Below, piece by piece: positions 20,149 through 29,027 of a stretch of DNA of 64,000 bases. Position numbers and translations under genes: made by a program. The DNA lies in assembly GCA_963710755.1 (NCBI GenBank), contig CAVQBK010000006.1, positions 64,001 through 128,000 of the forward strand. The letters run 5' to 3'. A model generated the notes under the pieces. The model worked only from the letters and a program-made list of their open reading frames with translations. It had not been told where the DNA came from and ran no database searches. Origin of the DNA: an uncultured bacterium (GTDB lineage Bacteria; Oederibacteriota; JAAXVQ01; JAUVAV01). The stretch's first letter is position 1. The number at the start of each line of letters is the position of its first letter.

Positions 20149-20991
20149 CTATTCAAACTCCAGATGCAGCGCGAGCCAGGGCACGCTATGGGTAATAGCG
20201 CCCACGCTGATGCGATCCACGCCCAAGCGGGCATAAGCTTTCAATTTGGCCAGGGTTACGCCGCCGGAAATTTCGGTTTGGGCCTTGCGGCCGATGATGG
20301 TCAGCGCCTGCCGGAGCCTGGGCACGGAAAAATTATCGAGCAAAATAATATCCGCCTTATTGGCCAGGGCTTCTTTAACTTCCGCCAAGGTCTCCACTTC
20401 CACTTCAATGGGTCTTTGTTTACGGCCTGGTCGTCGCATCGCGGTAATAGCCGCGGTGATGGAGCCGGCCATTTTGATATGATTGTCCTTGATCAAAATG
20501 CCGTCAAACAACCCCAGGCGATGATTGGTGCCCCCGCCGGCCCGAACGGCATATTTTACCAATGCCCGTAAGCCGGGAATGGTTTTGCGCGTATCAAAAA
20601 TGCGGGTGCCCGTGGATTTTACCACCTCCACATAACGGGACGTTTCCGTGGCAATACCGGAGAGCATGCCCAGGAAATTAAGGGCCGTGCGCTCACCGGT
20701 CAGAAGAGCTTGAGCTGGTCCACTAAGCGTGCATAGGGCATCTCCTTTTTTCAGCACATCCCCGTCCTGATGATGCCAGGCAATCTTCACCTGTTGGTTT
20801 AATTGGCGGTAAACTTCATTGACCAGCGCACGCCCGGCCAGCACGCCCGGTGCCTGGGCGTAAATTTTGCCCTTTATTTTCGCGGCCTTGGGCGCAAGCC
20901 CCAGACTGGTAATATCACCGGCCCCCACATCTTCGGCCAGGGCCCGCCGGACCGCTTCTTGGACCATTGCTTGCTTAATGCTTGATGCCAT
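20149..20991 (-). CDS. nadC: Nicotinate-nucleotide diphosphorylase
   Basis: DTRKT, HRLGL.D.ILIKDNH and EVEVE motifs. Confidence 0.95.
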   Translation of the reverse strand: MASSIKQAMVQEAVRRALAEDVGAGDITSLGLAPKAAKIKGKIYAQAPGVLAGRALVNEVYRQLNQQVKIAWHHQDGDVLKKGDALCTLSGPAQALLTGERTALNFLGMLSGIATETSRYVEVVKSTGTRIFDTRKTIPGLRALVKYAVRAGGGTNHRLGLFDGILIKDNHIKMAGSITAAITAMRRPGRKQRPIEVEVETLAEVKEALANKADIILLDNFSVPRLRQALTIIGRKAQTEISGGVTLAKLKAYARLGVDRISVGAITHSVPWLALHLEFE

Positions 20992-21023
20992 CTTAACTCC
21001 TTTTACTTTCTTCCTGCCGGTCA

Positions 21024-23675
21024 TCACCCTAATTTTTCCAGATTGGCAGTAAGCTGGGTAATTTTTTGCTGATAATCCTGTTGTTTGTTCTTCTCATTAT
21101 CAATCACCTGCGCCGGCGCACGGGATACAAACTTCTCATTGGCCAGTTTGGTATTGATGTTGTTTAATAATTGCTGCAGTTGGCTGATCTCTTTACCGAG
21201 CCGGGCGCGCTCCTTGTCCAGGTCAATCAATCCGGCCAGAGGCACAAAAAGCTCCGCCTCCTCCGTTACGGCTACGGCTGATAAGGTCGGTTTTTCATGA
21301 GTGCTGTCGATGACCAGGCTCTCCAGCTTGGCCAATGCCCTGATGATGGCCTGCTGCTCATCATCAAAGGCCAGCGTCGTATTGAGCGGCCGAATAATGA
21401 GCTCCACTTTTTTTCCGGGCGCCACGTTCATCTCTCCCCGGATATTGCGCACGGCATAAATCACCGCCATGACGCGCTTCATCTGCTCTTCCACCTGAGG
21501 CTTACGCCGGTCGGCCACCATCACAGGCCATGCCGCCTGCATGATCGTTCCCTGGGTGCCGGGCAGATGGGACCAAAGTTCTTCGCTGATAAAAGGCATG
21601 AAAGGATGAATCAAACGCAGCATCTCGGCCAAGGTGGCCAGCAGCCAATATTGGGTGGCTTGCTTGGTCTCCGGGGTTTTGAACAATTTAACCTTGACCA
21701 TTTCCAGATACCAGTCACAGAACTCATGCCAAACAAAATCGTAAATGGCCTGGGCTGCTTCAGCAAAACGGTACTGGGCCAGGGCCTGATTAACGTTGTT
21801 CACGGCTTGGTCAAGCCGTGACTGGATCCACTGCTCCAGGAAGGTTTGCGCCGGCACGGTAGGGCCGGGACGGTACTCTTCCAGGTTCATCAAGGCAAAG
21901 CGCGAGGCATTCCATATTTTGTTTACAAAATTACGGCACGACTCCAGCCGGTCCGGGGTAAAGGCCACATAGCGGCTTTGGGTTTCTATCATGGCCATGG
22001 TAAAGCGCAGGCCGTCGGCACTGGTATGACCAATCAGGTCCAGGGGATCCACGGTGTTGCCCTTGGACTTGCTCATTTTCTTGCCTTCTTCATCACCTAC
22101 CAAAGAGTTAATGCACACTTCATGAAAAGGCACTTGTCCCATGAATTTCAAACCCATCATGGTCATGCGCGCCACCCAGAAGAAGATAATATCCCACGAG
22201 GTCACCAGCACGCTGGTGGGATAATAGGCCTTCAGGTCTTCGGTCTGGGCCGGCCAGCCCAAGGTGCTGAAAGGCCAGAGACCGCTGGAAAACCAGGTAT
22301 CGAGCACATCGGTCTCCTGCTTCAGATCCTTGCTGCCGCAGGCACACGCCGTGGGGGCTTCCTTGGCCACGATCAGTTCACCGCAGCTTTCGCAGGTCCA
22401 GGCCGGGATGCGATGGCCCCACCAGATCTGGCGGGAGATGCACCAGTCACGGATATTTTCCAGCCATTCCAAATAGTGTTTGGCCCAGTGGCTGGGCGTG
22501 AAGCGGATCTTGCCTTCCTGCACCGCCTTGATGGCCGGTTCCGCCAAGGGCTGCATTTTGACAAACCATTGCCTGGATAAGTAGGGCTCCACCACGGTAT
22601 GGCAGCGGTAACAATGGCCCACCGCGTGTTCATGTTCATCGACTTTGATGAGCAAGCCCTGGGCTTCCAGATCCGCCACCACTTTTTTCCGGCATTCAAA
22701 ACGGTCCATGCCCTGATAAGGCCCGGCGGCTTCGCTCATGGTGGCGTCGGGATTCATCACATTGATACGTTCCAGGTTATGGCGCTGCCCCACCAGAAAA
22801 TCATTGGGATCATGAGCCGGTGTGATCTTGACCGCACCGGATCCAAAAGATCGGTCCACATAGGTATCGGCAATAATGGGAATGGCGCGGTTCATGAGCG
22901 GCAGGATGACCTTTTTACCAATCAGAGGCTGATAGCGCTCATCGTCGGGATGGACCGCCACGGCTGTATCGCCCAGCATGGTTTCAGGCCTGGTGGTGGC
23001 CACGATGATGTCGCCGCTGCCGTCTTCCAGGGGATAACGGATATGCCAGAAATGACCCTGCACATCCTGGTGCTCACTTTCGATATCCGAAAGCGCGGTC
23101 TGACAGCGGGGGCACCAATTGATAATATAATCGCCGCGGTAAATCAGGCCTTCCTGATAAAGGCGGACAAACACTTCCTTGACGGCCTCACTGAGGCCTG
23201 CGTCCATGGTAAAGCGCTCCCGGGTCCAGTCGCAGGAGGCGCCCAGGCGGCGCAATTGCTTCATTATAGTGCCGCCGTACTGCTCTTTCCAGGACCAGAC
23301 TCTTTCTATAAAAGCTTCCCGGCCCAGATCGTAGCGGCTCTTGCCCTCTTTTTTCAATTCCCGCTCCACCACATTTTGCGTGGCAATACCGGCATGGTCA
23401 CAGCCCGGCACCCATAGCACGTCAAAGCCCTGCATACGTTTTTGACGGGATAGAATGTCCTGCAAAGTGTTATTCAGGGCATGGCCGATGTGCAGCGAGC
23501 CGGTCACATTGGGCGGTGGAATGACAATGGAAAAACGGGGTTTATCCGATTCCGGATGAGCCGTAAAATAACCGGACTGCTCCCAATGCTCATACCACTT
23601 CCCCTCAATTTCCTGGGGATCGTATTTGGTGGACAGGGTGGTCCTGTCTTCCGAACTAAGGTCTTCTGTAGCCAT
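21024..23675 (-). CDS. valS: Valine--tRNA ligase
   Basis: HIGH, KMSKS, DWCISRQ motifs and C-terminal coiled coil; ATG at 23675. Confidence 0.97.
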   Translation of the reverse strand: MATEDLSSEDRTTLSTKYDPQEIEGKWYEHWEQSGYFTAHPESDKPRFSIVIPPPNVTGSLHIGHALNNTLQDILSRQKRMQGFDVLWVPGCDHAGIATQNVVERELKKEGKSRYDLGREAFIERVWSWKEQYGGTIMKQLRRLGASCDWTRERFTMDAGLSEAVKEVFVRLYQEGLIYRGDYIINWCPRCQTALSDIESEHQDVQGHFWHIRYPLEDGSGDIIVATTRPETMLGDTAVAVHPDDERYQPLIGKKVILPLMNRAIPIIADTYVDRSFGSGAVKITPAHDPNDFLVGQRHNLERINVMNPDATMSEAAGPYQGMDRFECRKKVVADLEAQGLLIKVDEHEHAVGHCYRCHTVVEPYLSRQWFVKMQPLAEPAIKAVQEGKIRFTPSHWAKHYLEWLENIRDWCISRQIWWGHRIPAWTCESCGELIVAKEAPTACACGSKDLKQETDVLDTWFSSGLWPFSTLGWPAQTEDLKAYYPTSVLVTSWDIIFFWVARMTMMGLKFMGQVPFHEVCINSLVGDEEGKKMSKSKGNTVDPLDLIGHTSADGLRFTMAMIETQSRYVAFTPDRLESCRNFVNKIWNASRFALMNLEEYRPGPTVPAQTFLEQWIQSRLDQAVNNVNQALAQYRFAEAAQAIYDFVWHEFCDWYLEMVKVKLFKTPETKQATQYWLLATLAEMLRLIHPFMPFISEELWSHLPGTQGTIMQAAWPVMVADRRKPQVEEQMKRVMAVIYAVRNIRGEMNVAPGKKVELIIRPLNTTLAFDDEQQAIIRALAKLESLVIDSTHEKPTLSAVAVTEEAELFVPLAGLIDLDKERARLGKEISQLQQLLNNINTKLANEKFVSRAPAQVIDNEKNKQQDYQQKITQLTANLEKLG

Positions 23676-23826
23676 AACTTCCCTTTCCCATGAATCTAAA
23701 TAGGTTAAATAGGCTAAATAATATGCGACATATATACCACGGCAGGCCTTTGGCTGCAATAATGAATTGGTAGGAGGACAATGGGGGTACAGGGTGATGA
23801 CGGCTGGTTAACCAGGACTTTTCCGG

Positions 23827-23864
23827 TTGTCGCAGGGGCGAAAGATCATTAGCCCCTGCGACAA
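23827..23864. repeat. REP-like inverted repeat
   Basis: TTGTCGCAGGGG-N14-CCCCTGCGACAA, perfect 12-bp arms. Confidence 0.65.
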
Positions 23865-23961
23865 ATGCAGGATGATTTCGGCAAGGTGCAGCTAGTAGTG
23901 ACAACTAAAAGTTTTTATAAAGAGAACTTGGCACCAAGCCTTGTAACTAAAGTGAACCCAA

Positions 23962-24318
23962 TTAGAAAGACAGGGTTATCTGAGCATCCTGAATTTCGCT
24001 CATATAGGTGGTCGCGCCTACCAATTCCACACCTTCTCTTAAATCCTCTTTTTTTATACCCTTCACTTCCAAAGCTAATTCGCACAAATATATTTTTCCC
24101 TTCAAATCCAGGACTGCTTGATACAATTCCAGAATATCGGGCATGCCTTTGACATCTATTTTCTCAAGTGCCCCTTTCTTCAAGCTTTCCGATGCGGAAA
24201 CACTGAAAAACAAGATCACGTCGTTCCCCAAAGCCGCTGCCGAAGAACCTAAAATCAAGGTTGCATAAAGACTCTTCGACTCTGTACTGTTACACACTAT
24301 GGTGGTTTTTGTAGCCAT
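23962..24318 (-). CDS. DsrE/DsrF/DrsH-like family protein
   Basis: AAALG..V.LFF, IYLCELAL and VGA..Y...ITLSF motifs. Confidence 0.8.
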   Translation of the reverse strand: MATKTTIVCNSTESKSLYATLILGSSAAALGNDVILFFSVSASESLKKGALEKIDVKGMPDILELYQAVLDLKGKIYLCELALEVKGIKKEDLREGVELVGATTYMSEIQDAQITLSF

Positions 24319-24488
24319 ACAGCTCCTTCCTTAATCTTTTTATCGACAAGTCATCCGCTATGAGTATCGTCAGGTTGGCTTTCCACCCCAAGTAGCATTG
24401 TGATTGAGATTCATGACGCACGCTCTTCGCCCCTGCCTTATCGGCATTACCTGATTATCCTGGATTATTTCGCTTTGTGGCACAATTT

Positions 24489-24709
24489 TTGGTCGCCCGA
24501 GTCACTATTGACACCTTTGGCCATTTCAGACCTTGCTTAATATCCAAGAATCATTTCCCAATTATTTAATTATTATCGGATGGCTTTTATAGGGATTGAA
24601 TGAGATGAATATTTTGATGATTTTCGGGTACCCATAAAGGGCACCCTACCGTGGAAGGATAGTTGATGCGTCCATTTTTTCAGGGGAACTCTACTCCGGC
24701 CCCCATCAC
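24489..24709. repeat. Dispersed repeat family B, copy 1
   Basis: Close match to 37425-37692; partial matches at 38717-38817 and 40433-40466. Confidence 0.85.
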
Positions 24710-24914
24710 CATACTAATGGCGGTCTGTTCATTTTTAGCCGCGATCAAAACAGTTACACGCACGGCCATCCTCTTTCATGGAATGGCGTTTCGGGAAAAT
24801 GATCGTCGCAAAACCAGCCTTGCAGGCGGCATGGTCTTTAACAACAATGGTGGATATTAAAATAACGGGTTTAATTTTCCAAGGTGAAAGATGAATCACC
24901 TTTTCCCCGCACTG

Positions 24915-25223
24915 TTAACAACAGTTCGGATTTCGGCGGCCGGCCCCGTTTTTTTTCTTCGACGAGCAGCCGCACGTCGGCGCAGTACCCTTTAACGCCC
25001 CCTGGATCATTGCAGCCGCGCAGCCTACGCCGGTGGCCACTTGAATGGCGTCTGCGGGGCAATTACGCTGGCAGGCGCCGCATTCCATGCAACGCTGAAG
25101 GGCCTGGATGCCGGCCTTGTGTCCCATCATGGTAAAAACCGCATGTGGACAAACATCCACGCACATGCCGCATCCCGTGCATTTTTCCTTGTCCAGCCTC
25201 AAAGTCCCGCTTTGATAGGTCAT
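24915..25223 (-). CDS. hgcB: Mercury methylation ferredoxin HgcB
   Basis: Two CxxCxxCxxxC motifs including CMECGAC, GVGCA and C-terminal CC; ATG overlaps the hgcA TAA (TAATG). Confidence 0.93.
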   Translation of the reverse strand: MTYQSGTLRLDKEKCTGCGMCVDVCPHAVFTMMGHKAGIQALQRCMECGACQRNCPADAIQVATGVGCAAAMIQGALKGTAPTCGCSSKKKNGAGRRNPNCC

Positions 25224-26185
25224 TAAAAAAACCTCCCCACGCCAACATAAATCCAGAGCGCCACCGCCAACCCGGCAACGCTGATGATGACCGGCAGCAT
25301 CCTGGACATCTCTTTTTTCACGCCATTGACCGAGGTATAGGTGGTGGAACCGGTAAAATTTAAAGCCAGATAGGCCGAAACAGCAACAACTGACAGGGCC
25401 AGAGCCGCCCAGATCATCGCCGGCAAGGAAACCAGCATGACAGCCGCCAATAAGGCGAGGAAGGCCCAAACCATGCCCTTGATGGACAGCCATTTCCCAG
25501 GCAGCCAATCGTGGCAAATCGGAACCATGACAGGTGTTGACAATCCAATGGTGAAAAATACCATTCCTGCCCGTACCCCTGCAGCCAAGCTGATGCCAAC
25601 GGCTATGCCTAGCAAAGGAAAAAGTGAGGGAATAAGCTCCATAGGAATGACCGTCATTCTTTCGGGCAGCCGGAAGGTTACCCGCCTCATTTCCGGGGTG
25701 GCCTTTCCGGTATCAAGGAAAGCGGGTAAATCAGCCGCACGCACCGGGCCGTAAACCACCGTGAACCCCGTCTTTTTTCTGACCAAATGTGCCGCCACGC
25801 CCGGCGCGCCAAGCTGGGGAACGATCAACCGGCGGTGATTCACAAAGGTCTTCAGCCCATGCCGGGAAACCCGCTTGGCCAATTCGTCGGTTCCAAAGGT
25901 TCCTTTACCCGCAGCACACCAAACATTGATGCCTTTGGTATCTATCACCAATATCCAGGCGTCGCGGCCCGTCAAAACCGACCGCAATTTATCGAAGCTC
26001 ATCCTGTAATTTGCTGAAACCAGCACCGGCGATTGCGCCCCCGGATTTCCCACCCGGTACATACCCGGCGTGACCATGGCATGCATCCGCCCAATGCCCC
26101 AGCGGTAACCCCAATGCCGCAGCCGGTCACGCCATGTCAACATGGTGCCTATTTTATCATTATCGATTGTATGGGATATTTCCAT
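25223..26185 (-). CDS. hgcA: Mercury methylation corrinoid protein HgcA
   Basis: Cap helix GINVWCAAGKGTFG, PQLGAPG and GPVRA.D motifs; C-terminal TM helices ending LNFTGSTTYTS..GVKKEM. Confidence 0.95.
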   Translation of the reverse strand: MEISHTIDNDKIGTMLTWRDRLRHWGYRWGIGRMHAMVTPGMYRVGNPGAQSPVLVSANYRMSFDKLRSVLTGRDAWILVIDTKGINVWCAAGKGTFGTDELAKRVSRHGLKTFVNHRRLIVPQLGAPGVAAHLVRKKTGFTVVYGPVRAADLPAFLDTGKATPEMRRVTFRLPERMTVIPMELIPSLFPLLGIAVGISLAAGVRAGMVFFTIGLSTPVMVPICHDWLPGKWLSIKGMVWAFLALLAAVMLVSLPAMIWAALALSVVAVSAYLALNFTGSTTYTSVNGVKKEMSRMLPVIISVAGLAVALWIYVGVGRFF

Positions 26186-26280
26186 TTTAAGCCGCTCCTG
26201 ATCCCTTTTACGCCCTCATTCATGGCTTGCCGTGATTTACAATCCGGTGCTATGCTCTCTAAATACGCAGATTGGTCTTT

Positions 26281-26607
26281 TCATACACCCAAGTCGGTTA
26301 ACTGCGCTCTTGGTTTCTTCTTTATCCGGCAACATCCCATTACGATTCTTATGGCCTTTACGTTGACCAGTGCATCCGTCACTTTTTTATGGCCCGAGGT
26401 TATGATGCGCGAAATGGTAGACTGGTGAATTTTCATTTTCCTCGCGATCTGCGCTTGTTCCAGACCTTCCAGGTGGGCAAGCCGCAGGGCTTCAAACTCA
26501 TCCAAGGTTAAAATGACCCCTTCCATCTCATCAAGGGATTTACAATTCGGCCGGAAACAACGCTCTTCCGGCTGGCAGGCTACCCAACGCATTTACTTTG
26601 GCCGCAT
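26281..26607 (-). CDS. DUF134 HTH regulator with in-frame TAA at codon 5 (possible restart at 26592)
   Basis: LTLDEFEALRL..LEGLEQ.QIA..M.I and KKV.DALV motifs; the start reads ATG CGG CCA AAG TAA ATG. Confidence 0.8.
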
Positions 26608-26622
26608 CTTTGCTCCGTTTTT

Positions 26623-26663
26623 TGCATATATATGCATTATCTCGCGGGCATAAAAGTTGTCAA
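26623..26663 (-). promoter_or_regulatory. Sigma70-type promoter with adjacent palindromic operator candidate
   Basis: TTGACA (26663-26658), N16, GATAAT (26641-26636); perfect palindrome TGCATATATATGCA at 26623-26636. Confidence 0.6.
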
Positions 26664-26756
26664 GAAAATCGAAATATTCCTGCAACCATATCACTGGTTT
26701 TCGTTGTAGGATATTCAGGGACGTAGTTTGATAATTAGATATTGCTTTTCTCAGTG

Positions 26757-26940
26757 TTTCCGGGACGGCGTCAAATTGTCAAGTTAAGCTGATTTTGTTT
26801 TACATAATTTTCTCCCAGCCGTACCGCAGTGCCGGCTCCTTGCTTGCTAATTTCCAAATATCCGCCAAGTTCTGCACAACTAAATCCGAGTTCTCTGTCT
26901 GATAAAGGCAGCCTAACAACTGCCCTAGCTACAGGCGGGT
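26757..26940 (-). pseudogene. RAYT (REP-associated tyrosine transposase) C-terminal HTH remnant
   Basis: Translates RELGFSCAELGGYLEISKQGAGTAVRLGE..*, followed by GACGCCGTCCC; family assignment is by motif recognition. Confidence 0.55.
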
Positions 26941-27088
26941 GTCAGGTGAATACCGTTTCTGTACATATAATAGTTATTAAATTATAGGTGTCCCCCTATT
27001 CCCAGACTTTTTCTTTTTTCATTTCACTTTTTTACAAAAAAAGGACATGCCTATAGTTTCAAGTTAGACATGTCCCCTAATCTTTTCT

Positions 27089-27274
27089 CACAGCAGCTGC
27101 ACCCACTGCGGCAGCTGCGGCACGGTCTGCCCCATGAGCCTGAATGTCCGCCGGGCCCTTGAACAAGGACGATTGGAAAAGGAGTCCGAGTGCATCCTCT
27201 GCGGCAATTGTGCGGACCATTGCCCTCAGGCTGCCATCCGCTTCCGTTTCGGCGCGGGCCGGTTGGAGGGATGA
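27089..27274 (+). pseudogene. 5'-truncated 4Fe-4S dicluster protein fragment
   Basis: CTHCGSCGTVCPM...ECILCGNCADHCPQ..*; no start codon; cut beside GTCCCC at 27072. Confidence 0.75.
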
Positions 27275-27280
27275 ATCTCA

Positions 27281-27545
27281 GGGGACGTTGGTGCTTAGCG
27301 CGCATTAGCTCGTTACACTTTCTAATCGTGATAAAACCCGATTAATACCGGAGGTGCGTACTCCAAGGTAACTAGCTATTTCCGCCCCCGATGATCCTAA
27401 TTCTTTTTGCCCCCGAGTGGCTACTCTGGCGCGGACTTCACTTACAGGTCCACGTCTACTCCCTAGCTAATTGGGACGCCTGGAGCCTCCCGGTTTTGCT
27501 TTACTTCTTCCTCTATCCGGAATATTTCACCTACTCTTTTCGAGT
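27281..27545 (-). pseudogene. Second RAYT C-terminal remnant
   Basis: GSRRGPVSEVRARVATRGQKELGSSGAEIASYLGVRTSGINR*, followed by AACGTCCCC. Confidence 0.65.
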
Positions 27546-27564
27546 AAAGCGGTGGCTGGCGCCG

Positions 27565-27714
27565 ATCTCTCAGGAAAAGCTGGCAGAATTGGCAGGTGTT
27601 CATAGGAATTATATTGGCCTAATCGAGAGAGCCGAATTAGATCCTGCTATATCTTATATAGATAAAATCGCCAAAGCATTGAAAATCAAAATTAGTGATT
27701 TAATGGAAAGGTAG
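27565..27714 (+). pseudogene. XRE/HTH_3 regulator fragment (C-protein-like)
   Basis: ISQEKLAELAGVHRNYIGLIER..IAKAL.I; the genuine N-terminus is missing. Confidence 0.65.
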
Positions 27715-27885
27715 ATATTTAACTAACTCTTCTCAGGGGAAAATTTCTTAAATCATCAAAAAGTAATTAAGTAAGCCCGTCCCCTTTGACGTCAATTGGA
27801 GTTTTTGCTGGAAGGCGATATCGCCTTGACCTCGCCTGCCAACAGCGGCTTGTCAGGCGGGCTGATGATTTATTTTTAAAAACTC

Positions 27886-28239
27886 GATTTCCGGGGATAC
27901 CTACCAAAATGACACTATCTTGTGAGCTTATATTCTAACTTAAAAATCGACCCTCTATCAGGCCTATGTTGTTAACACCAACGTTTTGGCTGGGGTCCTG
28001 TTTTCTTTCGGTTTATTTTTACGGTTATCTTTAGTTCAATATTTTTATAAATTCCCGGGCTCCCAAAGAACAGCCTGTTTTTTCATGACTCCCAATGATT
28101 CCTGGCATTTTTTTTAACCTGTCCTTATAAAAACCTTGATATTTATTCAGACCGATTAATCAGGATTTTCATTCACTTTAGTCTCTAAAAATCTCAGGTT
28201 TAAAAAACACCTTCATTTAGGCAGGTGTCCCCGGAATTC
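27886..28239. mobile_element. MITE/REPIN-like element A, copy 1
   Basis: Direct copy of 28651-29006; ~27-bp terminal inverted repeats with a TTCCGGGGA core. Confidence 0.85.
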
Positions 28240-28256
28240 ATTGGATTTAACGCGGC

Positions 28257-28562
28257 TCATTTTCCGGTTCTTTTGCTGAGTATAAACTTCTGAGAAGGGC
28301 TTAATGCCTTATCCTTCCGGTGAGCGCAGCCAAACCAACAGCAAGGGCGGCGCATCCCTTCCTTAAGTTCCGAGACCACCCTGTCAACATGCTCCCGCCT
28401 CTTCTCCGGGGTTTTAACGGAGATGGTCCAACAAATCCACTCGTTGCGGGAAAGCGGCGTGAGATCTTCCCAAACCGCCAGCGCTTTAGGATCAGACGAC
28501 AATGCTTTACGCAAGTCAGCCGGCAGCTCATGCACGACGCCACTGGATATTTTTCTACTCAT
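28257..28562 (-). CDS. YdeI/OmpD-associated family protein
   Basis: ELPADLRKAL..WEDLTPLSRNEWICW..RRPCCW motif. Confidence 0.85.
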   Translation of the reverse strand: MSRKISSGVVHELPADLRKALSSDPKALAVWEDLTPLSRNEWICWTISVKTPEKRREHVDRVVSELKEGMRRPCCWFGCAHRKDKALSPSQKFILSKRTGK

Positions 28563-28650
28563 AAATTTATTTTACCTCAATGGATGGAAATTTACTTTTT
28601 CATAAAAAGTGTAGCACCGGCTTTTTCCAGCCGTCAACCGCTGATTTCGG

Positions 28651-29006
28651 GATTTCCGGGGACAGCTACCTAAATGACACTATCTTGTGAGCTTTTATTC
28701 TAAATTGATAAATCGACCCTCTATCAGGCCTATGTTGTTAACACCAACGTTTTGGCTGGGGTCCTGTTTTCTTTCGGTTTATTTTTACGGTTATCTTTAG
28801 TTCAATATTTTTCTATAAATTCCCGATCTCCCAAAGGACGACCTGTTTTTTCATGACTCCCAATGATTCATGGCATTTTTTTAACCTGTCCTTAGGAAAA
28901 CGTTGATATTTATTCAGACAGATTAATTAGGACTTTCATTTACTTTAGTCTCTAAAAATCTCAGGTTTACAAAACACCTTCATTTAGGTAGGTGTCCCCG
29001 GAATTC
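28651..29006. mobile_element. MITE/REPIN-like element A, copy 2
   Basis: TIRs GATTTCCGGGGACAGCTACCTAAATGA / TCATTTAGGTAGGTGTCCCCGGAATTC; the interior encodes a decayed RAYT tail HEKTGRPLGDREFIEK on the minus strand. Confidence 0.85.
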
Positions 29007-29027
29007 CCGGAATTAGCCTGCTTTCTA

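Noticed and set aside
21297-23417. Long plus-strand ORFs opposite valS (and similarly opposite uvrB, uvrC and the TPR genes)
   Set aside because: They are antisense shadows of conserved GC-rich genes.
23676-23960. Possible T-box upstream of valS
   Set aside because: No T-box consensus (GGTGGNACCGCG) or specifier stem was seen, only a REP-like hairpin.
24915-25517. 200-aa ORF as called in the track
   Set aside because: The first 98 codons overlap hgcA out of frame; the real HgcB starts at 25223.
25895-25935. Selenocysteine variant of the HgcA cap helix
   Set aside because: The codon is TGT (Cys), not TGA.
27391-27564. N-terminal half of the 107-aa ORF 27391..27714
   Set aside because: It is antisense to a RAYT remnant; only the HTH tail looks like real coding sequence.
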